Of a stretch of DNA of 64,000 nucleotides, positions 13,401 through 28,400 are shown piece by piece; positions within the stretch are counted from its first letter, which is position 1; each line of letters starts with the position of its first letter. Position numbers and translations under genes: made by a program. Source of the DNA: Antedon mediterranea (lineage: Eukaryota; Animalia; Echinodermata); contig NC_092671.1 in assembly GCF_964355755.1 (NCBI RefSeq), positions 21,965,317 to 22,029,316 on the forward strand, in the 5' to 3' direction. The notes beneath the pieces are model-generated. The model saw nothing but the letters and a program-made list of their open reading frames with translations, searched no databases and was not told the origin of the DNA.

Positions 13401-16400
13401 CTTCAAATCGCATTTGGAGACGTTTTAGACCAATTTGTGATTTTCGAAAAAACTTGGTTACACAAAAACATCAAAGTGGATAAAATCACATTATAAACCG
13501 TTTTAGACCATTTTGAGCATTTCGATAACACATTTCACACAAAAACATCAAAGAGCACAAAATAGCTTAATATCGTATTTAAAAACGTTTTAAACCATTT
13601 TGAGCATTTCGACAAAACTTTTTCACACAAAACACCAAAGTGTACAGAATAGCTTCAAATCGCATTTGGAGACGTTTTAGACCATTTTGTGATTTTCGAA
13701 AAAACTTGTTAATATAAAAACACCAAAGTACTTAGAATAGCTTCAAATCGCATTTGGAGACGTTGTAGACCATTTTGTGATTTTCGAAAAAACTTGTTAA
13801 CATAAAAACACCAAAGTTTACAGAATAGCTTCAAATCGCATTTGGAGACGTTTTAGACAATTTTGTGCATTTCGATGAAACTTGGTTACACAAAAACATC
13901 AAAGTGCTTAAAATCACATTATAAACCGTTTTAGACCATTTGAGCATTTCCATAACACTTTTCACACAAAAACATCAAAGAGCACAATATAGCTTAATAT
14001 CGTATTTAAAAACGTTTTAGACCATTTTGAGCATTTCGACAAAACTTTTTCACACAAAACACCAAAGTGCTTAGAATAGCTTCAAATCGCATTTGGAGAC
14101 GTTTTAGACCATTTTGTGATTTTCGAAAAAACTTGTTAACATAAAAACATCAAAGGGCTAAGAATAGCTTCAAATCGCATTTGGAGACATTTTAGACCAA
14201 TTAGTGATTTTCGGAAAAACTTGGTTACACAAAAACATCAAAGTGGTTAAAATCACATTATAAACCGTTTTAGACCATTTTGAGCATTTCGATAACACTT
14301 TTTACACAAAAACATCAAAGTGCTTAGAATAGCTTCAAATCGCATTTGGAGACGTTTTAGACCATTTTGTGATTTTCGAAAAAAACTTTTTAACATAAAA
14401 ACACCAAACTGCTAAGAATAGCTTCAAATCGCATATGGAGACAATTTAGACCATTTTGTGATTTTCGAAAAAACTTGTTAACATAAAAACACCAAAGTGC
14501 TTAGAATACCTTCAAATCGCATTTGGAGACGTTTTAGACCATTTTGTGATTTTCCAAAAAACTTGTTAACATAAAAACATCAAAGTGTACAGAATAGCTT
14601 CAAATCGCATTTGGAGACGTTTTAGACCATTTTGTGATTTTCGAAAAAACTTGTTAACATAAAAACACCAAAGTGCTTAGAATAGCTTCAAATCGCATTT
14701 GGAGACGTTTTAGACCATTTTGTGATTTTCGAAAAAACTTGTTAACATAAAAACACCAAAGTGCTTAGAATAGCTTCAAATCGCATTTGGAGACGTTTTA
14801 GACCATTTTGTGATTTTCGAAAAAACTTGTTAACATAAAAACACCAAAATGTTTAGAATAGCTTCAAATCACATTTGGAGACGTTTTAGACCATTTTGTG
14901 ATTTTCGAAAAAACTTGTTAACACAAAAACACCAAAGTGATTAGAATAGCTTCAAATCGCATTTGGAGACGTTTTAGACCAATTTGTGCATTTCGATGAA
15001 ACTTGGTTACGCAAAAACATCAAAGTGCTTAAAATCACATTATAAACCGTTTTAGACCATTTTGAGCATATCGATAACACTTTTCACACAAAAACATCAA
15101 AGAGCACAATATAGCTTAATATCTTATTTAAAAACGTTTTAGACCATTTTGAGCATTTCGACAAAACTTTTTCACACAAAACACCAAAGTGCTTAGAATA
15201 GCTTCAAATCGCATTTGGAGACGTTTTAGACCATTTTGTGATTTTCGAAAAAACTTGTTAACATAAAAACATCAAAGTGCTAAGAATAGCTTCAAATCGC
15301 ATTTGGAGACATTTTAGACCAATTAGTGATTTTCGAAAAAACTTGGTTACACAAAAACATCAAAGTGGTTAAAATCACATTATAAACCGTTTTAGACCAT
15401 TTTGAGCATTTCGATAACACTTTTCACACAAAAACATCAAAGTGCTTAGAATAGCTTCAAATCGCATTTGGAGACGTTTTAGACCATTTTGTGATTTTCG
15501 AAAAAAACTTTTTAACATAAAAACACCAAACTGCTAAGAATAGCTTCAAATCGCATATGGAGACAATTTAGACCATTTTGTGATTTTCGAAAAAACTTGT
15601 TAACATAAAAACACCAAAGTGCTTAGAATACCTTCAAATCGCATTTGGAGACATTTTAGACCATTTTGTGATTTTCGAAAAAACTTGTTAACATAAAAAC
15701 ATCAAAGTGCTAAGAATAGCTTCCAATCGCATTTGGAGACGTTTTAGACCATTTTGTGATTTTCGAAAACAACTTGTTAACATAAAAACACCAAAGTGCT
15801 TAGAATAGCTTCAAATCGCATTTGGAGACGTTTTAGACCAATTTGTGATTTTCGAAAAAACTTGGTTACACAAAAACATCAAAGTGGATAAAATCACATT
15901 ATAAACCGTTTTAGACCATTTTGAGCATATCGATAACACTTTTCACACAAAAACATCAAAGACCACAATATAGCTTAATATCGTATTTAAAAACGTTTTA
16001 GACCATTTTGAGCATTTCGACAAAACTTTTTCACACAAAACACCAAAGTGCTTAGAATAGCTTCAAATCGCATTTGGAGACGTTTTAGACCATTTTGTGA
16101 TTTTCGAAAAAACTTGTTAACATAAAAACATCAAAGTGCTAAGAATAGCTTCAAATCGCATTTGGAGACATTTTAGACCAATTAGTGATTTTCGAAAAAA
16201 CTTGGTTACACAAAAACATCAAAGTGGTTAAAATCACATTATAAACCGTTTTAGACCATTTTGAGCATTTCGATAACACTTTTCACACAAAAACATCAAA
16301 GTGCTTAGAATAGCTTCAAATCGCATTTGGAGACGTTTTAGACCATTTTGTGATTTTCGAAAAAAACTTTTTAACATAAAAACACCAAACTGCTAAGAAT

Positions 16401-19400
16401 AGCTTCAAATCGCATATGGAGACAATTTAGACCATTTTGTGATTTTCGAAAAAACTTGTTAACATAAAAACACCAAAGTGCTTAGAATACCTTCAAATCG
16501 CATTTGGAGACATTTTAGACCATTTTGTGATTTTCGAAAAAACTTGTTAACATAAAAACATCAAAGTGCTAAGAATAGCTTCCAATCGCATTTGGAGACG
16601 TTTTAGACCATTTTGTGATTTTCAAAAACAACTTGTTAACATAAAAACACCAAAGTGCTTAGAATAGCTTCAAATCGCATTTGGAGACGTTTTAGACCAA
16701 TTTGTGATTTTCGAAAAAACTTGGTTACACAAAAACATCAAAGTGGATAAAATCACATTATAAACCGTTTTAGACCATTTTGAGCATTTCGATAACACAT
16801 TTCACACAAAAACATCAAAGAGCACAAAATAGCTTAATATCGTATTTAAAAACGTTTTAAACCATTTTGAGCATTTCGACAAAACTTTTTCACACAAAAC
16901 ACCAAAGTGTACAGAATAGCTTCAAATCGCATTTGGAGACGTTTTAGACCATTTTGTGATTTTCGAAAAAACTTGTTAATATAAAAACACCAAAGTACTT
17001 AGAATAGCTTCAAATCGCATTTGGAGACGTTGTAGACCATTTTGTGATTTTCGAAAAAACTTGTTAACATAAAAACACCAAAGTTTACAGAATAGCTTCA
17101 AATCGCATTTGGAGACGTTTTAGACAATTTTGTGCATTTCGATGAAACTTGGTTACACAAAAACATCAAAGTGCTTAAAATCACATTATAAACCGTTTTA
17201 GACCATTTGAGCATTTCCATAACACTTTTCACACAAAAACATCAAAGAGCACAATATAGCTTAATATCGTATTTAAAAACGTTTTAGACCATTTTGAGCA
17301 TTTCGACAAAACTTTTTCACACAAAACACCAAAGTGCTTAGAATAGCTTCAAATCGCATTTGGAGACGTTTTAGACCATTTTGTGATTTTCGAAAAAACT
17401 TGTTAACATAAAAACATCAAAGGGCTAAGAATAGCTTCAAATCGCATTTGGAGACATTTTAGACCAATTAGTGATTTTCGGAAAAACTTGGTTACACAAA
17501 AACATCAAAGTGGTTAAAATCACATTATAAACCGTTTTAGACCATTTTGAGCATTTCGATAACACTTTTTACACAAAAACATCAAAGTGCTTAGAATAGC
17601 TTCAAATCGCATTTGGAGACGTTTTAGACCATTTTGTGATTTTCGAAAAAAACTTTTTAACATAAAAACACCAAACTGCTAAGAATAGCTTCAAATCGCA
17701 TATGGAGACAATTTAGACCATTTTGTGATTTTCGAAAAAACTTGTTAACATAAAAACACCAAAGTGCTTAGAATACCTTCAAATCGCATTTGGAGACGTT
17801 TTAGACCATTTTGTGATTTTCCAAAAAACTTGTTAACATAAAAACATCAAAGTGTACAGAATAGCTTCAAATCGCATTTGGAGACGTTTTAGACCATTTT
17901 GTGATTTTCGAAAAAACTTGTTAACATAAAAACACCAAAGTGCTTAGAATAGCTTCAAATCGCATTTGGAGACGTTTTAGACCATTTTGTGATTTTCGAA
18001 AAAACTTGTTAACATAAAAACACCAAAGTGCTTAGAATAGCTTCAAATCGCATTTGGAGACGTTTTAGACCATTTTGTGATTTTCGAAAAAACTTGTTAA
18101 CATAAAAACACCAAAATGTTTAGAATAGCTTCAAATCACATTTGGAGACGTTTTAGACCATTTTGTGATTTTCGAAAAAACTTGTTAACACAAAAACACC
18201 AAAGTGATTAGAATAGCTTCAAATCGCATTTGGAGACGTTTTAGACCAATTTGTGCATTTCGATGAAACTTGGTTACGCAAAAACATCAAAGTGCTTAAA
18301 ATCACATTATAAACCGTTTTAGACCATTTTGAGCATATCGATAACACTTTTCACACAAAAACATCAAAGAGCACAATATAGCTTAATATCTTATTTAAAA
18401 ACGTTTTAGACCATTTTGAGCATTTCGACAAAACTTTTTCACACAAAACACCAAAGTGCTTAGAATAGCTTCAAATCGCATTTGGAGACGTTTTAGACCA
18501 TTTTGTGATTTTCGAAAAAACTTGTTAACATAAAAACATCAAAGTGCTAAGAATAGCTTCAAATCGCATTTGGAGACATTTTAGACCAATTAGTGATTTT
18601 CGAAAAAACTTGGTTACACAAAAACATCAAAGTGGTTAAAATCACATTATAAACCGTTTTAGACCATTTTGAGCATTTCGATAACACTTTTCACACAAAA
18701 ACATCAAAGTGCTTAGAATAGCTTCAAATCGCATTTGGAGACGTTTTAGACCATTTTGTGATTTTCGAAAAAAACTTTTTAACATAAAAACACCAAACTG
18801 CTAAGAATAGCTTCAAATCGCATATGGAGACAATTTAGACCATTTTGTGATTTTCGAAAAAACTTGTTAACATAAAAACACCAAAGTGCTTAGAATACCT
18901 TCAAATCGCATTTGGAGACATTTTAGACCATTTTGTGATTTTCGAAAAAACTTGTTAACATAAAAACATCAAAGTGCTAAGAATAGCTTCCAATCGCATT
19001 TGGAGACGTTTTAGACCATTTTGTGATTTTCGAAAACAACTTGTTAACATAAAAACACCAAAGTGCTTAGAATAGCTTCAAATCGCATTTGGAGACGTTT
19101 TAGACCAATTTGTGATTTTCGAAAAAACTTGGTTACACAAAAACATCAAAGTGGATAAAATCACATTATAAACCGTTTTAGACCATTTTGAGCATATCGA
19201 TAACACTTTTCACACAAAAACATCAAAGACCACAATATAGCTTAATATCGTATTTAAAAACGTTTTAGACCATTTTGAGCATTTCGACAAAACTTTTTCA
19301 CACAAAACACCAAAGTGCTTAGAATAGCTTCAAATCGCATTTGGAGACGTTTTAGACCATTTTGTGATTTTCGAAAAAACTTGTTAACATAAAAACATCA

Positions 19401-19420
19401 AAGTGCTAAGAATAGCTTCA
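13145..19420 (+). repeat. 3267-bp tandem duplication of HOR units (1286+1122+859)
   Basis: Private variants pair at offset 3267: ttcaaaaacaac 13354/16621, tcggaaaaac 14211/17478, gaccacaata 15961/19228, gcatatgg 13145/16412 and 15553/18820. Confidence 0.85.
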
Positions 19421-22400
19421 AATCGAATTTGGAGACATTTTAGACCAATTAGTGATTTTCGAAAAAACTTGGTTACACAAAAACATCAAAGTGGTTAAAA
19501 TCACATTATAAACCGTTTTAGACCATTTTGAGCATTTCGATAACACTTTTCACACAAAAACATCAAAGTGCTTAGAATAGCTTCAAATCGCATTTGGAGA
19601 CGTTTTAGACCATTTTGTGATTTTCGAAAAAAACTTTTTAACATAAAAACACCAAACTGCTAAGAATAGCTTCAAATCGCATATGGAGACAATTTAGACC
19701 ATTTTGTGATTTTCGAAAAAACTTGTTAACATAAAAACACCAAAGTGCTTAGAATACCTTCAAATCGCATTTGGAGACATTTTAGACCATTTTGTGATTT
19801 TCGAAAAAACTTGTTAACATAAAAACATCAAAGTGCTAAGAATAGCTTCCAATCGCATTTGGAGACGTTTTAGACTATTTTGTGATTTTCGAAAACAACT
19901 TGTTAACATAAAAACACCAAAGTGCTTAGAATAGCTTCAAATCGCATTTGGAGACGTTTTAGACCAATTTGTGATTTTCGAAAAAACTTGGTTACACAAA
20001 AACATCAAAGTGGATAAAATCACATTATAAACCGTTTTAGACCATTTTGAGCATATCGATAACACTTTTCACACAAAAACATCAAAGACCACAATATAGC
20101 TTAATATCGTATTTAAAAACGTTTTAGACCATTTTGAGCATTTCGACAAAACTTTTTCACACAAAACACCAAAGTGCTTAGAATAGCTTCAAATCGCATT
20201 TGGAGACGTTTTAGACCATTTTGTGATTTTCGAAAAAACTTGTTAACATAAAAACATCAAAGTGCTAAGAATAGCTTCAAATCGAATTTGGAGACATTTT
20301 AGACCAATTAGTGATTTTCGAAAAAACTTGGTTACACAAAAACATCAAAGTGGTTAAAATCACATTATAAACCGTTTTAGACCATTTTGAGCATTTCGAT
20401 AACACTTTTCACACAAAAACATCAAAGTGCTTAGAATAGCTTCAAATCGCATTTGGAGACGTTTTAGACCATTTTGTGATTTTCGAAAAAAACTTTTTAA
20501 CATAAAAACACCAAACTGCTAAGAATAGCTTCAAATCGCATATGGAGACAATTTAGACCATTTTGTGATTTTCGAAAAAACTTGTTAACATAAAAACACC
20601 AAAGTGCTTAGAATACCTTCAAATCGCATTTGGAGACATTTTAGACCATTTTGTGATTTTCGAAAAAACTTGTTAACATAAAAACATCAAAGTGCTAAGA
20701 ATAGCTTCCAATCGCATTTGGAGACGTTTTAGACTATTTTGTGATTTTCGAAAACAACTTGTTAACATAAAAACACCAAAGTGCTTAGAATAGCTTCAAA
20801 TCGCATTTGGAGACGTTTTAGACCAATTTGTGATTTTCGAAAAAACTTGGTTACACAAAAACATCAAAGTGGATAAAATCACATTATAAACCGTTTTAGA
20901 CCATTTTGAGCATTTCGATAACACATTTCACACAAAAACATCAAAGAGCACAAAATAGCTTAATATCGTATTTAAAAACGTTTTAAACCATTTTGAGCAT
21001 TTCGACAAAACTTTTTCACACAAAACACCAAAGTGTACAGAATAGCTTCAAATCGCATTTGGAGACGTTTTAGACCATTTTGTGATTTTCGAAAAAACTT
21101 GTTAATATAAAAACACCAAAGTACTTAGAATAGCTTCAAATCGCATTTGGAGACGTTGTAGACCATTTTGTGATTTTCGAAAAAACTTGTTAACATAAAA
21201 ACACCAAAGTTTACAGAATAGCTTCAAATCGCATTTGGAGACGTTTTAGACAATTTTGTGCATTTCGATGAAACTTGGTTACACAAAAACATCAAAGTGC
21301 TTAAAATCACATTATAAACCGTTTTAGACCATTTGAGCATTTCCATAACACTTTTCACACAAAAACATCAAAGAGCACAATATAGCTTAATATCCTATTT
21401 AAAAACGTTTTAGACCATTTTGAGCATTTCGACAAAACTTTTTCACAGAAAACACAAAAGTGCTTAGAATACCTTCAAATCGCATTTGGAGACGTTTTAG
21501 ACCATTTTGTGATTTTCGAAAAAACTTAACATAAAAACATCAAAGTTTACAGAATAGCTTCAAATCGCATTTGGAGACGTTTTAAACCATTTTGTGATTT
21601 TCGAAAAAACTTGTTAACATAAAAACACCAAAATGTTTAGAATAGCTTCAAATCGCATTTGGAGACGTTTTAGACCATTTTGTGATTTTCGAAAAAACTT
21701 GTTAACACAAAAACACCAAAGTGATTAGAATAGCTTCAAATCGCATTTGGAGACGTTTTAGACCATTTTGTGATTTTCGAAAAAACTTGTTAACATAAAA
21801 ACACCAAAGTGCTTAGAATAGCTTCAAATCGCATTTGGAGACGTTTTAAACCATTTTGTGATTTTCGAAAAAACTTGTTAACATAAAAACACCAAAATGT
21901 TTAGAATAGCTTCAAATCGCATTTGGAGACGTTTTAGACCATTTTGTGATTTTCGAAAAAACTTGTTAACACAAAAACACCAAAGTGATTAGAATAGCTT
22001 CAAATCGCATTTGGAGACGTTTTAGACCATTTTCTGATTTTCGAAAAAACTTGTTAACATAAAAACACCAAAGTGATTAGAATAGCTTCAAATCGCATTT
22101 GGAGACGTTTTAGACCATTTTGTGCATTTCGATGAAACTTGGTTACGCAAAAACATCAAAGTGCTTAAAATCACATTATAAACCGTTTTAGACCATTTTG
22201 AGCATATCGATAAAACTTTTTACACAAAAACATCAAAGAGCACAAAATAGCTTAATATCGTATTTGGAAACGTTTTAGAACATTTTGTGATTTTCGAAAA
22301 AACTTGCTAACATAAAACACCAAAGTGTACAGAATAGCTTCAAATCGCATTTGGAGACATTTTAGACCAATTTGTGATTTTCGAAAAAACTTGTTAACAT

Positions 22401-25400
22401 AAAAACACCAAAGTGCTAAGAATAGCTTAAAATCGCATTAGGAGACATTTTAGACCAATTTGTGATTTTCGAAAAAACTTGGTTACACAAAAACATCAAA
22501 GTGCTTAAAATCACATTATAAAACCGTTTTAGACCATTTTGAGCATTTCGATAACACTTTTCACACAAAAACATCAAAGAGCATAAAATAGGTTAATATC
22601 GTATTTAAAAACGTTTTAGACCATTTTGAGCATTTCGACAAAACTTTTTCACACAAAACACCAAAGTGTACAGAATAGCTTAATATCGTATTTAAAAACG
22701 TTTTAGACCATTTTGTGATTTTCGAAAAAACTTGTTAACATAAAAACACCAAAATGTTTAGAATAGCTTCAAATCGCATTTGGAGACGTTTTAGTCCATT
22801 TTGTGATTTTCCAAAAAACTTGTTAACACAAAAACACCAAAGTGATTAGAATAGCTTCAAATCGCATTTGGAGACGTTTTAGACCATTTTGTGATTTTCG
22901 AAAAAACTTGTTAACACAAAAACACCAAAGTGATTAGAATAGCTTCAAATCGCATTTGGAGACGTTTTAGACCATTTTGTGCATTTCGATGAAACTTGGT
23001 TACGGAAAAACATCAATGTGCTTAAAATCACATTATAAACCGTTTTAGACCATTTTGAGCATATCCATAAAACTTTTTACACAAAACACCAAAGTGCTTA
23101 GAATAGCTTCAAATCGCATTTGGAGACGTTTTAGACCATTTTGTGATTTTCGACAAAACTTTTTCACACAAAACACCAAAGTGCTTAGAATACCTTCAAA
23201 TCGCATTTGGAGACGTTTTAGACCATTTTGTGATTTTAGAAAAAACTTGTTAACATAAAAACATCAAAGTGTACAGAATAGCTTCAAATCGCATTTGGAG
23301 ACGTTTTAGACCATTTTGTGATTTTCGAAAAAACTTGTTAACATAAAAACACCAAAGTGCTTAGAATAGCTTCAAATCGCATTAGGAGACGTTTTAGACC
23401 ATTTTGTGATTTTCGAAAAACTTGTTAACATAAAAACACCAAAGTGCTTAGAATAGCTTCAAATCGCATTTGGAGACGTTTTAGACCATTTTGTGATTTT
23501 CGAAAAAACTTGTTAACATAAAAACACCAAAATGTTTAGAATAGCTTCAAATCGCATTTGGAGACGTTTTAGACCATTTTGTGATTTTCGAAAAAACTTG
23601 TTAACACAAAAACACCAAAGTTATTAGAATAGCTTCAAATCGCATTTGGAGACGTTTTAGACCATTTTGTGCATTTCGATGAAACTTGGTTACGCAAAAA
23701 CATCAAAGTGCTTAAAATCACATTATAAACCGTTTTAGACCATTTTGAGCATATCGATAACACTTTTCACACAAAAACATCAAAGAGCACAATATAGCTT
23801 AATATCGTATTTAAAAACGTTTTAGACCATTTTGAGCATTTCGACAAAACTTTTTCACACAAAACACCAAAGTGCTTAGAATAGCTTCAAATCGCATTTG
23901 GAGACGTTTTAGACCATTTTGTGATTTTCGAAAAAACTTGTTAACATAAAAACATCAAAGTGCTAAGAATAGCTTCAAATCGAATTTGGAGACATTTTAG
24001 ACCAATTTGTGATTTTCGAAAAAACTTGGTTACACAAAAACATCAAAGTGGTTAAAATCACATTATAAACCGTTTTAGACCATTTTGAGCATTTCGATAA
24101 CACTTTTCACACAAAAACATCAAAGTGCTTAGAATAGCTTCAAATCGCATTTGGAGACGTTTTAGACCATTTTGTGATTTTCGAAAAAAACTTTTTAACA
24201 TAAAAACACCAAACTGCTAAGAATAGCTTCAAATCGCATATGGAGACAATTTAGACCATTTTGTGATTTTCGAAAAAACTTGTTAACATAAAAACACCAA
24301 AGTGCTTAGAATACCTTCAAATCGCATTTGGAGACATTTTAGACCATTTTGTAATTTTCGAAAAGACTTGTTAACATAAAAACATCAAAGTGCTAAGAAT
24401 AGCTTCCAATCGCATTTGGAGACGTTTTAGACCATTTTGTGATTTTCGAAAACAACTTGTTAACATAAAAACACCAAAGTGCTTAGAATAGCTTCAAATC
24501 GCATTTGGAGACGTTTTAGACCAATTTGTGATTTTCGAAAAAACTTGGTTACACAAAAACATCAAAGTGGATAAAATCACATTATAAACCGTTTTAGACC
24601 ATTTTGAGCATTTCGATAACACATTTCACACAAAAACATCAAAGAGCACAAAATAGCTTAATATCGTATTTAAAAACGTTTTAAACCATTTTGAGCATTT
24701 CGACAAAACTTTTTCACACAAAACACCAAAGTGTACAGAATAGCTTCAAATCGCATTTGGAGACGTTTTAGACCATTTTGTGATTTTCGAAAAAACTTGT
24801 TAATATAAAAACACCAAAGTACTTAGAATAGCTTCAAATCGCATTTGGAGACGTTGTAGACCATTTTGTGATTTTCGAAAAAACTTGTTAACATAAAAAC
24901 ACCAAAGTTTACAGAATAGCTTAAAATCGCATTTGGAGACGTTTTAGACAATTTTGTGCATTTCGATGAAACTTGGTTACACAAAAACATCAAAGTGATT
25001 AAAATCACATTATAAACCGTTTTAGACCATTTGAGCATTTCCATAACACTTTTCACACAAAAACATCAAAGGGCACAATATAGCTTAATATCCTATTTAA
25101 AAACGTTTTAGACCATTTTGAGCATTTCGACAAAACTTTTTCACACAAAACACCAAAGTGCTTAGAATACCTTCAAATCGCATTTGGAGACGTTTTAGAC
25201 CATTTTGTGATTTTCAAAAAAACTTAACATAAAAACATCAAAGTTTACAGAATAGCTTCAAATCGCATTTGGAGACGTTTTAGACAATTTTGTGATTTTC
25301 GAAAAAACTTGTTAACATAAAAACACCAAAGTGCTTAGAATAGCTTCAAATCGCATTGGGAGACGTTTTAGACTATTTTGTGATTTTCGAAAAAACTTGT

Positions 25401-28400
25401 TAACATAAAAACATCAAAGTGTACAGAATAGCTTCAAATCGCATTTGGAGACGTTTTAGACCATTTTGTGATTTTCGAAAAAAACTTTTTAACATAAAAA
25501 CACCAAACTGCTAAGAATAGCTTCAAATCGCATATGGAGACAATTTAGACCATTTTGTGATTTTCGAAAAAACTTGTTAACATAAAAACACCAAAGTGCT
25601 TAGAATACCTTCAAATCGCATTTGGAGACATTTTAGACCATTTTGTGATTTTCGAAAAAACTTGTTAACATAAAAACATCAAAGTGCTAAGAATAGCTTC
25701 CAATCGCATTTGGAGACGTTTTAGACCATTTTGTGATTTTCGAAAACAACTTGTTAACATAAAAACACCAAAGTGCTTAGAATAGCTTCAAATCGCATTT
25801 GGAGACGTTTTAGACCAATTTGTGATTTTCGAAAAAACTTGGTTACACAAAAACATCAAAGTGGATAAAATCACATTATAAACCGTTTTAGACCATTTTG
25901 AGCATTTCGATAACACATTTCACACAAAAACATCAAAGAGCACAAAATAGCTTAATATCGTATTTAAAAACGTTTTAAACCATTTTGAGCATTTCGACAA
26001 AACTTTTTCACACAAAACACCAAAGTGTACAGAATAGCTTCAAATCGCATTTGGAGACGTTTTAGACCATTTTGTGATTTTCGAAAAAACTTGTTAATAT
26101 AAAAACACCAAAGTACTTAGAATAGCTTCAAATCGCATTTGGAGACGTTGTAGACCATTTTGTGATTTTCGAAAAAACTTGTTAACATAAAAACACCAAA
26201 GTTTACAGAATAGCTTCAAATCGCATTTGGAGACGTTTTAGACAATTTTGTGCATTTCGATGAAACTTGGTTACACAAAAACATCAAAGTGCTTAAAATC
26301 ACATTATAAACCGTTTTAGACCATTTGAGCATTTCCATAACACTTTTCACACAAAAACATCAAAGGGCACAATATAGCTTAATATCCTATTTAAAAACGT
26401 TTTAGACCATTTTGAGCATTTCGACAAAACTTTTTCACACAAAACACCAAAGTGCTTAGAATACCTTCAAATCGCATTTGGAGACGTTTTAGACCATTTT
26501 GTGATTTTCGAAAAAACTTAACATAAAAACATCAAAGTTTACAGAATAGCTTCAAATCGCATTTGGAGACGTTTTAGACAATTTTGTGATTTTCGAAAAA
26601 ACTTGTTAACATAAAAACACCAAAGTGCTTAGAATAGCTTCAAATCGCATTGGGAGACGTTTTAGACCATTTTGTGATTTTCGAAAAAAACTTGTTAACA
26701 TAAAAACATCAAAGTGTACAGAATAGCTTCAAATCGCATTTGGAGACGTTTTAGACCATTTTGTGATTTTCGAAAAAACTTGTTAACATAAAAACACCAA
26801 AGTGCTTAGAATAGCTTCAAATCGCATTTGGAGACGTTTTAAACCATTTTGTGATTTTCGAAAAAACTTGTTAACATAAAAACACCAAAATGTTTAGAAT
26901 AGCTTCAAATCGCATTTGGAGACGTTTTAGACCATTTTGTGATTTTCGAAAAAACTTGTTAACACGAAAACACCAAAGTGATTAGAATAGCTTCAAATCG
27001 CATTTGGAGACGTTTTAGACCATTTTGTGATTTTCGAAAAAACTTGTTAACATAAAAACACCAAAGTGATTAGAATAGCTTCAAATCGCATTTGGAGACG
27101 TTTTAGACCATTTTGTGCATTTCTATGAAACTTGGTTACGCAAAAACATCAAAGTGCTTAAAATCACATTATAAACCGTTTTAGACCATTTTGAGCATAT
27201 CGATAACACTTTTTACACAAAACACCAAAGTGCTTAGAATAGCTTCAAATCGCATTTGGAGACGTTTTAGACCATTTTGTGATTTTCGACAAAACTTTTT
27301 CACACAAAACACCAAAGTGCTTAGAATACCTTCAAATCGCATTTGGAGACGTTTTAGACCATTTTGTGATTTTCGAAAAAACTTGTTAACATAAAAACAT
27401 CAAAGTGTACAGAATAGCTTCAAATCGCATTTGGAGACGTTTTAGACCATTTTGTGATTTTCGAAAAAACTTGTTAACATAAAAACACCAAAGTGCTTAG
27501 AATAGCTTCAAATCGCATTAGGAGACGTTTTAGACCATTTTGTGATTTTCGAAAAAACTTGTTAACATAAAAACACCAAAGTGCTTAGAATAGCTTCAAA
27601 TCGCATTTGGAGACGTTTTAGACCATTTTGTGATTTTCGAAAAAACTTGTTAACATAAAAACACCAAAGTTCTTAAAATAGCTTCAAATCGCATTTGGAG
27701 ACGTTTTAGACCATTTTGTGATTTTCGAAAAAACTTGTTAACATAAAAACACCAAAGTGTTTAGAAAAGCTTCAAATCGCATTTGGAGACGTTTTAGACC
27801 ATTTTGGGATTTTCGAAAAAACTTGTTAACATAAAAACACCAAAGTGCTTAGAATAGCTTCAAATCGCATTTGGAGACGTTTTAGACCATTTTGTAATTT
27901 TCAAAAAAACTTGTTAACATAAAAACACCAAAGTTCTTAGAATAGCTTCAAATCGCATTTGGAGACGTTTTAGACCATTTTGTGCATTTCGATGAAACTT
28001 GGTTACACAAAAACATCAAAGTGCTTAAAATCACATTATAAACCGTTTTAGACCATTTGAGCATTTCGATAACACTTTTCACACAAAAACATCAAAGGGC
28101 ACAATATAGCTTAATATCCTATTTAAAAACGTTTTAGACCATTTTGAGCATTTCGACAAAACTTTTTCACACAAAACACCAAAGTGCTTAGAATACCTTC
28201 AAATCGCATTTGGAGACGTTTTAGACAATTTTGTGATTTTCGAAAAAACTTGTTAACATAAAAACATCAAAGTTTACAGAATAGCTTCAAATCGCATTTG
28301 GAGACGTTTTAGACAATTTTGTGATTTTCGAAAAAACTTGTTAACATAAAAACACCAAAGTGCTTAGAATAGCTTCAAATCGCATTGGGAGACGTTTTAG

